A stretch of 64,000 nucleotides of DNA from Octopus sinensis (lineage: Eukaryota), in the NCBI RefSeq assembly GCF_006345805.1, contig NW_021835479.1, positions 1 to 64,000 of the forward strand. Reading direction: 5' to 3'. Positions 25,675 to 39,929 of this stretch are shown piece by piece; the stretch's first letter is position 1; the number at the start of each line of letters is the position of its first letter. A program made the position numbers and the translations under genes. The notes under the pieces were generated by a model. That model had not been told where the DNA came from, searched no databases, and saw only the letters and a program-made list of their open reading frames with translations.

Positions 25675-26487
25675 TATATTATATATATATATATATATAC
25701 ATACATACACACACACACACAAACACACTCTCTCTCTCTCTCACACACACACACATATATGGGTATTCGCGCATGTACATATACAGCAGATACATATATA
25801 TATATATATATAATGTTATGTATGTACGTATATGGGCATGCATTAGTGTGTATGTGTAAATGTATGCATATATACGTATAATACATATATCTGTGTATGT
25901 ATGTACATGTATACGTGACTACAGGCGCATACACAACCATACAAAAACCAGACACATATAAACACACACATATGTTATACATTGTGTTACGATGTAACTT
26001 ATGGGATTGTCGGTAGAGTTAATTGTTGATGCACACTCTCCATTCTGACCTCCCTTTACTTGTGTGTGTGTATGTATGTATGTATGTATGTATGTATGTA
26101 TGTATGTATGTATGTGTGTGTGTGTGTGTGTATGTGTGTATGTATGTATGTATGTATGTATGTATGTATGTATGTATGTATGTATGTAGTATGTGTGTGC
26201 GTAGGTATGTACGTGTATGAGTATGTATGTGTGTGTGTGCGTATGTGTATGTATGTGCGGGCGCGTGTTTGTGTATGTCTTTCAGGAACTGTGTGTCTCG
26301 CTACAAATAAATCTTAAACAGATGAATACATATTACAGAATGATTGGATATTTTGTTGCCTGAAGATTATTTATTTCACACAGGCACTTTTAAGGGGTTA
26401 ATACACACACACACACACATAATATATATATATATATATAATACGTATATGTATATATACATATATAATATATATATATATATTATA

Positions 26488-26528
<41 letters not shown>

Positions 26529-26687
26529 CATATATATATATATACATATACGTAGATGTGCGTGTATATATACCTATATATACATACATATATTGTATGC
26601 TCGTGTATTACATGTGTGTGTGTGTGTAAATGGATGTATGTGGATTCATACGTGTGTATGTGGGGGGGACACCGTTTATATATCTTT

Positions 26688-26899
26688 TACTCGTTGCCGT
26701 CATTGGACTGCGGCGCCACCATGCGGTATTAGTCTAACAAATGGACCTTAGTTTGTTTTTTTTTTGCTTTTTGCTTTGTGAAAGTTTAGTACTTATTCTG
26801 TTAGTCGTTTTTGATAAACGTAAACCAACCAACACCGGTTGCCAAGCGATATGAAGGACTGACATGGAACAACACAAACACACACACAGACATACACGC

Positions 26900-26951
<52 letters not shown>

Positions 26952-27106
26952 ATTCGTGTATGTATGCTTGTTTCCGTCTTTTCACCTTTCAAATTCTCCC
27001 ACTGGCTCAGGCTATGTTAGAAGACATTAGCCCAAGGTGCCGTGCTGTGGAATTGAACCCGAAACTACATAGTAACAAAGCGAGCTTTTTAACGACACAG
27101 CCATGT
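26688..27106 (-). mobile_element. Old family A SINE with internal microsatellite
   Basis: cattggactgcggc...ggttgccaagcgat...(GT)n...gcccaaggtgcc...acacagccatg. Confidence 0.75.
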
Positions 27107-27406
27107 CTATGTAGATATTACTTTTGTACCTTAAGTTCACACCAAGATGAAGCTTCTGAGGATTCTTAAAAGGTTCCTCTTTAAATATCTATCACAACAT
27201 TACTTCAATAAATTATATAGAGTAAATGGCTGTTGAAATATATATGTAAACGGTATTTGTCAAGATTTTTTAATGTTTCTTTCACTAAACAAAGATTTAT
27301 GTTATGCATTTACTTGAATTATAGGACTAAAAAACAGATTCAATGATTAGATAATTACTATTTGTAAATCTCACAACGAGAGATATTCAGCAACAGTACT
27401 TTGGAG

Positions 27407-27619
27407 AGAGCGGAGAGCTGGCAGAAATGTTAGCACGCCGGGCGAAATGCTTAGCTGTATTTCGTCTGTCTTTGCGTTCTGAGTTCAAATTCCGCGAAGG
27501 TTGACTTTGCCTTTCATCCTTTCGGGGTCGATAAATTAAGTACCAGTTACACACTGGAGTCGATCTAATCGACTGGCCCCTTCCTAAAACTTTCGGGCCT
27601 TGTGTCTAGAGTCGAAAAG
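27407..27619 (+). mobile_element. Family B SINE monomer with 15-bp TSD
   Basis: TSD aacagtac(t/a)ttggag at 27392-27406 and 27620-27634. Confidence 0.92.
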
Positions 27620-27807
27620 AACAGTACATTGGAGTAAAGATTATTTGCCAACATAACATGGCAGTCCTGATTTAGGACGAATGTTGCTGTAAATTGGCCC
27701 CAGGAGACATCGTCTCCAGCTGGCTATACGACACGCTCTGTGTCCTTATATTTTCGAAGAAGGGAATCTAGCACCCCCAACTCAGCTCAACATACATAGA
27801 TAACTTG

Positions 27808-27980
27808 TGGTAGTGTGTTTACGTTCCCGTAACTTAGCAGTTCGGCAAAAGACCAATAGAATAAGTACCAGGCTTTCAAAAAAGTAAGTCATGGGGTCGA
27901 TTTGTTCGACTAAATCCCTTCACAATGGTGCCCAAACATGGTCGCGTTTAAAACTGACTGAAACAGGTAGAAGATAAAAG
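27808..27980 (+). mobile_element. Family A SINE 3' half
   Basis: gtgtgtttacgttcccgtaacttagcagttcggc...ggggtcgatttgttcgactaaa...tgactgaaacagg. Confidence 0.85.
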
Positions 27981-27981
27981 A

Positions 27982-28016
<35 letters not shown>

Positions 28017-28146
28017 ATATATTATATTAAATTAGAGATAAAACCACTATTAGGCAAATCATACAATGAAAAACTTAAGCCAATACATAAGATTAATTAA
28101 TTTATATTATTTTAATTATATATCAAATTATTTAAAAAGATAATGA

Positions 28147-28195
<49 letters not shown>

Positions 28196-28222
28196 ATATA
28201 TATTATATATATATATGTAGAC

Positions 28223-28225
<3 letters not shown>

Positions 28226-28302
<77 letters not shown>

Positions 28303-28318
28303 GATAGATAGATAGATG
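28226..28318. repeat. (GATA)n microsatellite
   Basis: Tetranucleotide run. Confidence 0.95.
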
Positions 28319-30451
28319 TGTCGCTTTGCATTCAGTTGCAAGATACTTGATGTGAACTCGTATGTTCATATATATTTTGACGTATTTCTGGAGAGTCATG
28401 TTGCCATTGATAAACACACGCACTAGTTCCATTTAACTTCTTTATTTTTGTTAGTAGTCAGTTCGTTAGTCAACAAAATAGCTTGTTATTAACCAATTCG
28501 TTAACTAATAAGATAATCGATTCTTTGATTAATCATACGGTTAATCAATTAATCAACTAGGATTGTTTCGTCGTCATTTGCAACTTCATAAACGACATTC
28601 CCTCCCTATTCTAGGTCTGCTCTCCATGAATATATACATATATAAATACATACATACATACACACACACACACATGTACATAAACCTTACTAATTGAATC
28701 TAAAGTAAGTAGCTACATAGATCGTCAGTTCGCTTCGCTTCACAGAGAAGACAGAAAGCAATTTATAAGGAATACATGCATTTTAAATATATTTTCAAAA
28801 TACGTTTGTCCTCTCAGTCACTGCACGGACACCCAGGTATATGCTTTATTTTAATGACATTGAGCGGTCGAGAGACATATCGCCCTTACTCTTTTCTAGA
28901 TCGCTAGTATATAACCAGCTTACTTTTCCTGTGAGCCGAGCTGAACTCTCAACACCGTCCGCCTCTCTATCACTTATCCAGCTTCATACTAAATCATGGT
29001 ATCTTAAATTTCAACCGTTGAAAAGCAAATATATTGGCCAGTTAGATAATGGAGTGTTGGTAATTTCATAAGAAACGCCCATCTGTCGGTTCGGTCAATC
29101 GCACTTTTATATGATTTACCTAAAGGTAGTACATAAACCATGATTTGAAAGTATGGTACAAAATCACAAATTTTATAATAAGCTGGTATACTGAGTATTT
29201 ATCCCCAGTACATTACAGGTATATGCTTCATTATTGTTATATGAGCCATCGAACGAACGGGAGCCTCTTCGCATTCGCTGGAGCTACTAGAACGGAAACC
29301 ATATTTCCCTCTCAAATAAGTCTTTAAACATAGATACTTAAAGACAAACTGGATAAGACAAACTGGATAAAGTAATCCAAGACGTATTGTTTAAAATAAA
29401 GACAAGATGATCACAGCTGGAATCTTTTTGGTCATAGATCTTCCAGATTAGATTAATCAGAGGCAAACAACAATAACATATATTAAAGTCTATTAATTCT
29501 AATACGACCCAACGATGGAGCCGCTACACGCTTTCTTAACTTTCTAGAAATAGCAACGAAATCTTCCCAAACCACATTCTGTCATATTTAAAATTTTGGG
29601 CAATAGCTTTTGGTATACAGAAGAAAATGGGATAGTCAAAGCCCAGATAATCGTTGATAATTCTTCTATCAATCAAGATTAACCCTGGGACTAAGAACAA
29701 CAAAGCAAGTGGTATTTATTTTAAACATTCCTTCAGCAGTGATCATAACTCATTTTTCTTAATGCCAGAAAGTGAAAAAGAATTGGCAAACATTACAAGT
29801 AACAGATCTCACACATATCAACCAGCCACCGAACAAACATATATCTGCTTGAAATAACAGCTAAAGCTGCCTCAAAGCAAACCTACCATGTTAAAAAATA
29901 CAGTACAAGATATACTATGTATCAACAAAACTGCGGGAAGTTCATGTCAGAAATAGTTTTGATCATAACTCTGTTGATCAGAATTGACCTTGATTTCAAG
30001 GATATTATTAAAGAAACATGATCCCTTAGTAAGTAAATTTATAGTCAAAGATATCCCAACCATGACCATCACGCCTATTTTATTTCCAGGTGTAACGTAT
30101 CTACGTTGTCCAAACAAGAGCTTCATATTTTTAAGAGGATATGTTTTATTTCAAATGGATTTGGCTGCTATTTCTGCTATGTCAACTGTCGACAACTGTC
30201 AACTGTCAACTGGCGAACAATTTTTGCTATAGTTTAGTCTTGGATAAACTTGATCAAAGTAGAACATTCAGGATATAACCATCTAGTTTTTTTTTTGCAT
30301 AAGTATGATTCAGATTACATCGTCTCATGGCTCTTCACTGCTTCATGACGACAGTCTTGGATTTGAAATAATTTGGCCGTTAAGGCAATGAGAGATGCAA
30401 GCAAAGCAGATAAAAATGTGAAACTCGAGAAGTTTATCTTCTTTTAATTTC

Positions 30452-30770
30452 TTTCACTTGTTTCAGTCATTGGACTGCGGCCATGCTGGGGCATCGCCTG
30501 GAAGGATTTAGTAGTTCGACTCCAGTATTCATTTTAAGTATGGCACTTCTTTTGTCGGCTTATTTTGTCGAACAGCTAAGCTGGGAGGACTAAGCAAACC
30601 AGCATCGGTTGCCCAGCAGTGGTGGGGACAATCACTCACGCGCGCGCACACACACACACACAGATACACGACGGGCTTCCACACAGTTTCCATCTATCAA
30701 ATCCAACCAAAAATCTTTGATCAACGCGGGATACTTGCCCATGGTGAGAGGCAGTTATATTGACCCTAAG
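30452..30770 (-). mobile_element. Old family A SINE
   Basis: cttgtttcagtcattggactgcggccatgctgggg...acgacgggcttccacacagtttcc...acttgccca. Confidence 0.85.
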
Positions 30771-31185
30771 ATATCATACATTTTTTTCTAGTCAGATCTG
30801 GTTACAAAAGCAATTCCGTAAACAAAGTTTGAAATAAAATAAATAAAAAAAAACCTATTCTTATCCCACACCCCCGTCCCGATAGCAGTTATAGAAAAAA
30901 TAGAAAAGCACATGTTCAGGTTAGGAAGGTTATGTTTTTATCTACAGTTGTACTGTTTGTCATTTGAAAGAAAAATATGTAGAAGTCAGAAAAGTTTATG
31001 GAGGTCAAAGAGTGGTATACATTAACGCTGATTACTGACTGTTGATATTAACGCAAATATGAGTTAGACGTTCAAATTTAACTAACATACGTATATATAT
31101 CACACTATCTTCCTTATCTCTTTCATTCATGGATTCCTGTTTCTCTCGATATCTATCAGTCTATCTATCTATCTATCTATCTATC

Positions 31186-31228
<43 letters not shown>

Positions 31229-31838
31229 GTCGATCTATCTACCTATCTATCTATCTTCTAAGATATACATGCGCATAGAAAGACACGTATATATTCATAT
31301 TTTACAGTCATATGCATATATAAATACATATACATAAACACACATACATATATACATATGTATACATATAAGTATATGCATATATAGAGATACATCCAAC
31401 ATACATATGCTTTTATGTATATACACACGTATACAAATATATTTACATTCACACCAACACACACATATGTATATATGATGGTTTATATATATATTTATAT
31501 ACACTATATATGATTACATAAAAGCAGATACATACACATACAAATATGACATACATTCATACGTAGATGTATGTGTATGTGTGTATATGCGTGTGTGTAA
31601 ATCTGTCTATGCATGTATCTATTTGGCTAATTATATTCCAATCTACCGAGCAATTTATCTATCATAAATTTCCATCAACCGACCTACCTACCTAATTACC
31701 TACCTACCTATATACTTACCGACAAACCTACCTACCAATTGGCCGACCGTCCTTCCGTCTGTTTGTCTATCTGTCTGCCTGTCTATCTGTCTATGTATGT
31801 ATGTATGTATGTATGTATGTATGTATATATGTATGTAG

Positions 31839-31882
<44 letters not shown>

Positions 31883-32547
31883 TTATCGACAGCGCTTTTA
31901 GTTGTCGTTATAACTGACAGCAAATAGTTCGTATTTTCGCTACTGACATACTGACCATATGTCAAGTAAACTTCCGAGGATCTAGCCCCTGGATCGGCCA
32001 AATAAACTAGTACACTTCACCATGGTATTGTGTACTTTTTACATCCTTCGTTAAAACCAACATATATAAATTATTTATACAGAGGGGATGGGGTCCTCCC
32101 TCGTTGGTGTGTATGCATATATGTATAACACATGTGTAAGTATGTCTCAATTGGTCTCGCTTAAATTGACAAGTTTTGATATAAAAGCAACAGGATCAAT
32201 GTTTGTCATTAAGGTAATGACATTAAATATTTATGAACTTAATCATGCTCGTGAATACATTATCGTAGCTGTGCGTGTGTGTGTGTGTGTGAAAGAGTTT
32301 GTGCGTTGCTGAATTTCATTAAAAACTAAACAGTAAATATTCAAGACTCATCATATATTGAGATGAATGCTCAAATGATAGCTTTACTGTTCATAATTTA
32401 TAGAGTTTTTACTGAGAGATACAAGGAAGGATTATTTCTACCTGCTTTCTAACTCTTTACCGGTTCATTTTCTTTCTTCTCTCTCTCTCTCTCTCTCTCT
32501 CACTCACTCACTATTTGTCTTTCTCACTCCCTCTATGCTCCTCACTT

Positions 32548-32582
32548 CCTTCTGATGAAGGACTAACTTCCGAAACATTAAG
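32548..32582 (+). ncRNA. Minimal type I hammerhead motif
   Basis: CTT-CTGATGA-A-GGA-CTAACT-TCC-GAAAC-ATT-AAG. The core is intact; ACAT instead of ACGT is consistent with CpG decay. Confidence 0.65.
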
Positions 32583-32821
32583 ACATTTCTCTCTTTCCTT
32601 TAAAGCGATAAACCAATAACTTTTTAAAAGTTGTTCCAACTGTGGTGTGTTTCATTGTCCATTATATTTAGTTTTTACCTGCATGCATGTATATATACAT
32701 ACATACATAATTTATACTATGTATTAAATATATGTGTGTGTGTGTATGTGTGTGCGTGTGTGTGTAGGCGAATGCGGCGAGCTGGCAGAATCGTTAGCAC
32801 ATATATATTTGTTTATATATA

Positions 32822-32866
<45 letters not shown>

Positions 32867-32992
32867 TCTCCGAAAAGCCTTAGGATATTTTTGTAAATGT
32901 CTCATTTATAACTACATACATTGACCTACCATAAATGGCTAATATAAGTAAAAATGAGACATACTTATCTACATGGCGAAACAGCTGTAAGA
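32867..32992 (+). ncRNA. Long-stem-II hammerhead motif, paralog of 10476-10600 (element about 32860-33235)
   Basis: TCT-CCGAAAA-GCC...GGC-GAAAC-AGCT-GTA-AGA. The 5' core is mutated, while the 3' half has the perfect palindrome ACAGCTGT. Confidence 0.6.
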
Positions 32993-33311
32993 TGTAGTCT
33001 ATATTTATATTTATATGTACTTATATTTACATTCCCTTATATATATTCTATTTATTGTATAACATTACTCTTTTATGTACACTCCTTTATGTACACTGTT
33101 TTGTTCTACATTATTATGTTTAACCTTATAGTTTCTTATGTGGTGGTTTAATAAAGTATGTAATTGAGTATTATCTGGTAATTGATATTTTATTTCGATG
33201 TATTTCTCCATTTTCTTATTTTGTATTATATATAAATATATACGCATGTATATTCACATACATACATACGTACATATATTACACATATACACACACGCAC
33301 ACATATATTTG

Positions 33312-33349
<38 letters not shown>

Positions 33350-33357
33350 TGTATATA

Positions 33358-33408
<51 letters not shown>

Positions 33409-33708
33409 CACGCATATATATTCACATACATAGATATATATACATGCTGAAACACCAACATACATAAGCACTAACACTAATATGTATGAATTAATATATT
33501 TCTATAATTGATTAATTCACTTAATTGCCATTTCAACTCTATTAATGAGTATGATTTTGCAAATAGCACAAATTTAAAGCGATATCTGAGGAGAATTGCT
33601 GACTATTAGAGCTTCTGATATTAACACCCTTGTTTCCATGTATGCCCATTTTGATGTAAATATTGTTGTACTCGCGTGCGCGCGCACGAACTCCAACACA
33701 CATACACT

Positions 33709-33752
<44 letters not shown>

Positions 33753-34248
33753 GGAATATATATTCAGTATTAGGTGTTGATATGGCTGCGTGTATCTTAT
33801 TACAAGAATTCTTACAGAGAAGAAGAAGAAATTTAAGAACTACATATTTACCACATAAGATATATTTTAGTAACTGGTCGATGATAATACACAATCAAAA
33901 TGTAGAATCTAGTTGAATGATGTAATCTATGCAAGAAAGTTTAGAGATAGAATATGTAGAAATAACAGTCATGTGACGTAGAGAAATAGACTTACACAGC
34001 AATGACGAGAATGGCTCAAAGTTTAATTGACTAAGAAGCGAAGAACAGGGTTAGCAAGCTGTTTTCATTAATGGAACGCTAGACATTCTAGAAACTTTCA
34101 AGAGAAACGCTAAGCTTCTTGAATAATTAAGAATCACGTGTCATGACACATATGCTTCGAGAAACTTTGAAAGGGAGATTACTCTATAATTTTTCTTGCC
34201 AGGAAGTACCTTCAATTATCTAGCTGCCGCTACACACACACACACACA

Positions 34249-34294
<46 letters not shown>

Positions 34295-34509
34295 GCACAC
34301 GCACACGCACACACACATACACATATAAATTGCCAGTTATCCTAGGATAACTTATCCTCTTATGTGTTTTAAATGTACACAGTATTTAAATGAAATAATA
34401 TATAGTCTATTGACTAATTTTTCTACACGCTAACCCACTAGTAGTAAAAATTTCTAAAATTTTTCCTACCCTAATATGATTAACTATATATATATATATA
34501 TATACTTAG

Positions 34510-34942
34510 ATAAATTGCGGCCGGAATCGCACCACCTGGAGAAGACATTTAATGATCCTTCATATAACAGTCATTCTTTGGGCATCCTCCATCAAGTCGT
34601 CCTAACGAGACGTCTGCGTTGGCTGGGTCATGCCCTCTGTTGTCAACCAGGAGAATTTATCTACGAAGCAATTGCCCCAGCACCCCTTCAGGGCTGGTGA
34701 AAGCGATGTGGTGGACAACGAAAAACCTGGCTGATGACAGTCAAAGCTGATCTGGAACCCAACCTAGGCCGCCATCTCTACGGCGTTCGCCGCTGGAATA
34801 AGGAGTGGTTGGAGATCACGCGGTCGTTAGCCTCAAATCGCCAGGCCTGGTCGGCGTTTGTGAGAGATGCAGCATTGAGGATGAATGAAGCCAGCTCAAC
34901 CCACCACGGGTGAATGCTGTCTCAAGTCAAGTCAAGTCAAGT
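34510..34942 (+). mobile_element. RTE-clade LINE 3' end (5'-truncated) with (CAAGT)n tail
   Basis: RRLRWLGHAL...GW*KRCGGQRKTWLMTVKADLEP...RWNKEW...LASNRQAWSAFVRD. One in-frame TGA, a terminal stop at 34911, and the tail caagtcaagtcaagtcaagt. Confidence 0.9.
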
Positions 34943-35366
34943 AGCCTATTTGAGTAAAGAATTATTGTTAGCAGAGATTTATCTAGGTGTAGGCTGTTTA
35001 TCTGGAGATATTGTTGGAGATGTTCGTCCAGAACACGTTTGTATATCATGAAATCTTTTTCTTCTCTTTTGAATCTTGGAATTAAAGAGAGGAAGGGCAA
35101 TTGCGGTGAAATCATTCTGTCTTAGTGTTATGATGTGACGCTAGCATGATTTATGAAGAGGACACGACGGCTCAGGCACATTCGAGCTACTATTAGTTTC
35201 ATGCTATGAAAACACAGTAAACTGGCAAGCTTATGTATCATACCCTGCATTTTAAATGGGATATATCTCTTACTGGTTGATGTACATTTTTTTTTGCTGG
35301 TCCCACCAACACACCAATAAGGAAACAGTAAATTACACATATGTATATATGTATATATATATATGT

Positions 35367-35416
<50 letters not shown>

Positions 35417-36016
35417 GTCTATGTACGCACACATACACAGTTACATATATGAATATATACTTGAAGGAAGAGAGAGAGAGACAGCGAGAGAAAGTGTGTT
35501 GTAAATGAGAATAGCTACGTATTTGTACGTTTCCATCATGTTTTATTGGAACGACACCGGAAGTTTGTCAGCGATAAAATACGACTTTGCAAAGCAACGT
35601 CTCAAAACAAAAATCACATACATAAGTGTGTATGTGTGATTGAACATGTGTTTGTGTGTGTGTGTGTATGTGTGTGTGTGTGGGGGGGTGTAATGCGTAT
35701 CTTTACACGTATATACATGTATACATGTATATTACATCCAATATACGTTTACAACGTTTGGTTTTGTGCGTCGTGAAACTCATTTCGGTTATTCTTCCTA
35801 CCCCCAACTCACCCACTTTATTCCTTCCCTGGGCAAGGGGCTTTAGCTGCACTTTATCAGACTGCTACTGAAATTTGATGCAAGTACACCGCGATAGTCC
35901 TTGTCAATTTTCTAAGACTTTATACATAAGAGTAGGTTTCTTCCTTCACAATGCCGCTTGAAAATAATAACCTTCAAATTGCAATAAAGACAAGGAATAT
36001 GACAGTATTATTATTA

Positions 36017-36061
<45 letters not shown>

Positions 36062-36199
36062 CATTATTATTATTTTTATTTTTTTTTTTTCTGCAATCAT
36101 TTATTTCATATTGCTAATTCTGCAGCTGCAAATTCGAATGAAATATTGTCGCACTCTGTCGAAGATAAGTTTTACGTAGCCGGGCGTATGTAGAGGGAG

Positions 36200-36286
<87 letters not shown>

Positions 36287-36463
36287 TGTGTGTGTGTGTG
36301 TGTACATATGTATATACGTACATCCATATATATACATATATATATACATATACATACACATGTAAATATATATATATACCCGCACATATATATACACATA
36401 CATATATACAAACACACACACAAACATATATATATATACATACTAAACGTATATATACGTACA

Positions 36464-36499
<36 letters not shown>

Positions 36500-36596
36500 T
36501 AATCCAAACATGAAAACACAAAGAGAGAACACAACAACGCGAGGAAGTGGAACAAGTATAGTATTATTGGACGCTCGGGAAAGGAAAGAAAGGAGG

Positions 36597-36631
36597 ATTC
36601 AACGTTTCGAGCGGAGCTCTTCGTCAGAAAC
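36597..36631 (-). ncRNA. Minimal type I hammerhead motif in a 213-bp element (36495-36707) flanked by (TA)n
   Basis: GTTT-CTGACGA-A-GAGC-TCC-GCTC-GAAAC-GTT-GAAT. The core is intact and stem III is the palindrome AACGTT. Confidence 0.75.
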
Positions 36632-36704
36632 ATAGGAAAAGGAAAGATCCAAAGAAGGGAAGACGGAGGAAAAAAATCGCCAACGGTACACATGCAGTCA
36701 CATT

Positions 36705-36739
<35 letters not shown>

Positions 36740-37330
36740 TACACGCAACACACACACATATGTACTTGCGTAAATATGTGCAGTAACTGAACCGAAGGAC
36801 GCTGTAGTCCGATGACGTAATTCATAGTCCAGACTGGCGTGTTCAGAAGCATTGACTTTAAGGTGAGTACCACCTCCGAGGCAGTTACCGCAGCGAATAT
36901 ATTTCCGCTTTTCAATGTACATGAATGTTTTGAATGTAAGTGTACACAACTTTGTATATATACATACACATATACATATGTGTATGCATACATGAAAATA
37001 TGTATGTGTGTGTGTATGTATATATGTATCCTTACACACACACACACGCACAGTTCTGTAGAAAATATTATGGTGCATATGCTGCCGCAGATATCTTCCT
37101 TCGAGGATCTGGAAAAAGATTCTAGTAACGATTCTAGACGAGTTTATCCTTCTCCGCCTCTTCCCATCAAAGGTTTTCGGTATTCCTCTATAGGGGTGGT
37201 CACGGGTCCTGAAAACACATATACCTACACATGTGAAAACACACATACAAACACATTCCCGTGATGTATTTCGCATGCTCTGCAACTTCGACATAAATTC
37301 TTGCAAGCACACACAATGATATCATATATT

Positions 37331-37556
37331 CTTTTATTCATTTACTTGTTCCAGTCATTTGACTGCGGCCATGCTAGAGCACCGCCTTTTAGTCGAAGAA
37401 AATCGACCCCAGAACACATTCTTTGTAAGCCCGGTGCTTACCCTATCGGTCCCTTTAGCCAAATGGCTATGTTACAGGGACGTAGACAAACCAGCATCGG
37501 TTGTCAAGCGATGGTCGGAACGGACAAACAGCGACACAAAGACACACATAAATACA

Positions 37557-37601
<45 letters not shown>

Positions 37602-37750
37602 AGCTTCTTTTCAGTTCCCGTCTATCAAATCCACTCACAATGCTTTGGTTGGGCCGAGGCTATAGTCGAAGATACTTCCCCAAAGTGTCATGTAGTGGGA
37701 CTGAACCCGGAACCATGTGGTTGGGAAGCAAGCTTCTTACCACACAGCCT
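37331..37750 (-). mobile_element. Family A SINE, near full length
   Basis: Same head, internal (CA)n and tail as 4221-4650. Confidence 0.92.
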
Positions 37751-38153
37751 GCGCTACACATGTACAATATCACGTTGCTGCGTATTTAAATGTCTAATCC
37801 AAAGCAAAACTTGATAACAAAAAATTTTAGAGAATCAAATATCTTAGTACCCACTCAGAAGAGAGTCTTCGAGTAACACATCATAGTTTAATGGCCACTG
37901 CACCGAAGTGTGCGTGCGACCCCCAAAATATATAGGCTGCAGGCCTGCCAACTTCCAGTTTCTGTAAGCATTTAAATCTCTATTCGGTGGTCATTGACTT
38001 ACTTACAGACACACGTCCGCGCGCACTCACAGTAGTGAGACAGAAAGATTGACAAGAGGAAGGGCAGATCTAGGTCTGAAGAGGAACAGTCGCAACATGA
38101 AATACAACTTTGGGGTGTATTGACATGCGTGCTTCTGCATCTGTTTGCTTGCC

Positions 38154-38189
<36 letters not shown>

Positions 38190-38361
38190 CGTGTGTGTGT
38201 GTTCGTGTGTGTGTTCTGTTACCAATATGCCTTACGTCTGCCTCAGTGAAATTTGTGTTCACTTTAATAAAGACTCTGCAAGTGTTATTGAGTTTGGTCG
38301 GCTGTTGACATATTTGAAACACTTCAAACAACCTGGCCATATACATATAAACACACGCACG

Positions 38362-38394
<33 letters not shown>

Positions 38395-38549
38395 CACACA
38401 CACATTCTGTTTGTATGTTTACGGGCTTATTTGTGCATATGATACCAGTGTAAGCAAACGTTGGCACAAACGATTGGGTACAAATTTCTTCATATATAAA
38501 CGAGAGGAGAAATACTCACGCTCTCGCAACAATACATATATACACTCAA

Positions 38550-38603
<54 letters not shown>

Positions 38604-38932
38604 TCCAGATTCATTCATGTACTTATGTTTGCGTGCGTATTTGCTTGTAGTACGTATAATACCATTTTCTTTCCCCGCCGGCTATATATCAACCACACAC
38701 ACACACACACATACGGACCATATTTCATAGTCTTCTTCTTAGCCCACACGTAATTTATGTCTTCACCTTCCACCCTGTGAATGGCACCCCACTCCACCTA
38801 CTTCGTGTGTAGCCCTCTCAATAAAACATCCCTTCCTTTGCAGTCGATCCAGTCAGTTCGCCAACCTCTTCTCTTTCATTACCGAATAAAAAGCCTCAGA
38901 CAAGGCCGTGTCGTTATGGGGTTTGATTAGCA

Positions 38933-38963
<31 letters not shown>

Positions 38964-39039
38964 ACTACTACTATTATTATTTTAGTTATTATTATTATTA
39001 TATTATTATTATTATTCTTATTTATTATTATTATTCTGA

Positions 39040-39600
39040 AGGCGGCGAGCTGGCTGAATCGTTAGCACGCTGGACAAAAGGCTAAACGATATTTCGCCCG
39101 TCGCTGCATTCTGAGTTCAAATTAGACGGCTGTCGACTATGCCTTTCATCCTTTCGAGATCGATAAAATAAGTACCAGTGAAATTCTGGGGTCAATATAA
39201 TCGACTACAAGGCCTAAAACTTCAGGCCTTGTACCTATAATAGAGTGGATTATTATTATTAATTATATTATTATTATTATTATTATTATTAAGGCGGCGA
39301 GCTGCCAGAATCGTTAGCACGCAGGGAAAAATACTTAGCGGCATTTCGTCCGTCTTCAAGTTCTGAGTTCAAATTCCGCCGAGGTCGACATTGCATTTCA
39401 TCCTTTCGGGGTCGATTAAATAAGTACCAGTTACGTACTAGAGGATCGATGTAATCGACTTAATACATTTCCTCAAATTTGAGGCCTTGTGCTTCCAGTA
39501 GAAAGGACTATTATTATTACTACTACTACTACTACTACTATTAAGGGGTCGATAAAATAAGTACCAGCTGAGAACTAGAGTACCCCGAACTTGTTTACCT
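39040..39600 (+). mobile_element. Cluster of family B SINEs (39040-39245, 39292-39507, fragment 39543-39600) separated by (TAT)n tails
   Basis: Repeated aaggcggcgagctg heads; each copy ends in ...agtagaaagga(t)tattatt-like tails. Confidence 0.85.
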
Positions 39601-39720
39601 AGTACCAAAAATTATTATTATTATCATTGTTTATAATGTATTCAATGAATCCTTCATATTCTGAAGTGGTAAGGTGGAGTGTAAGCAAGATTCAGCAGCT
39701 ATTTTTAGAAGCTCGAAAGG

Positions 39721-39900
39721 CAGTGGTTCTCAACCAATTTTTTTTTTTATCTATGGACCCCTTTGATTACTATTTTATTCGGCTGGGCCCCCGTTGATAT
39801 ACGATGTTTATAAACTTGTTTTATAAATACTTTCTTTCAAATTCCTATTTTGTTATTCACGCAGTAACTTGCATAAGTTGAACTGTGTAAAATGCTAAAG
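39721..39900 (+). mobile_element. hAT/Charlie-like non-autonomous transposon left end
   Basis: Begins CAGTGGTTCTCAACC, typical of MER5/Charlie termini. No right end found. Confidence 0.5.
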
Positions 39901-39929
39901 AAACTTAGCTATTTCTTGCAATAGATATA

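Noticed and set aside
28816-28834. 19-nt micro-exon between ctctcag and GTATAT
   Set aside because: It is short enough to arise by chance, is not frame-preserving and has no homology.
33860-34470. Possible Helitron- or MITE-like element around an internal (CA)n
   Set aside because: It looks repetitive, but I could not define termini or a second clear copy in the window.
37052-37125. FCRKYYGAYAAADIFLRGSGKRF with a GKR amidation-like site
   Set aside because: No signal peptide, no repeated peptide, and a poor acceptor within a CA repeat; likely chance.
38075-38100. CTGAAGAGGAACAGTCGCAAC
   Set aside because: Weak stem II, non-canonical GCAAC, and no family context.
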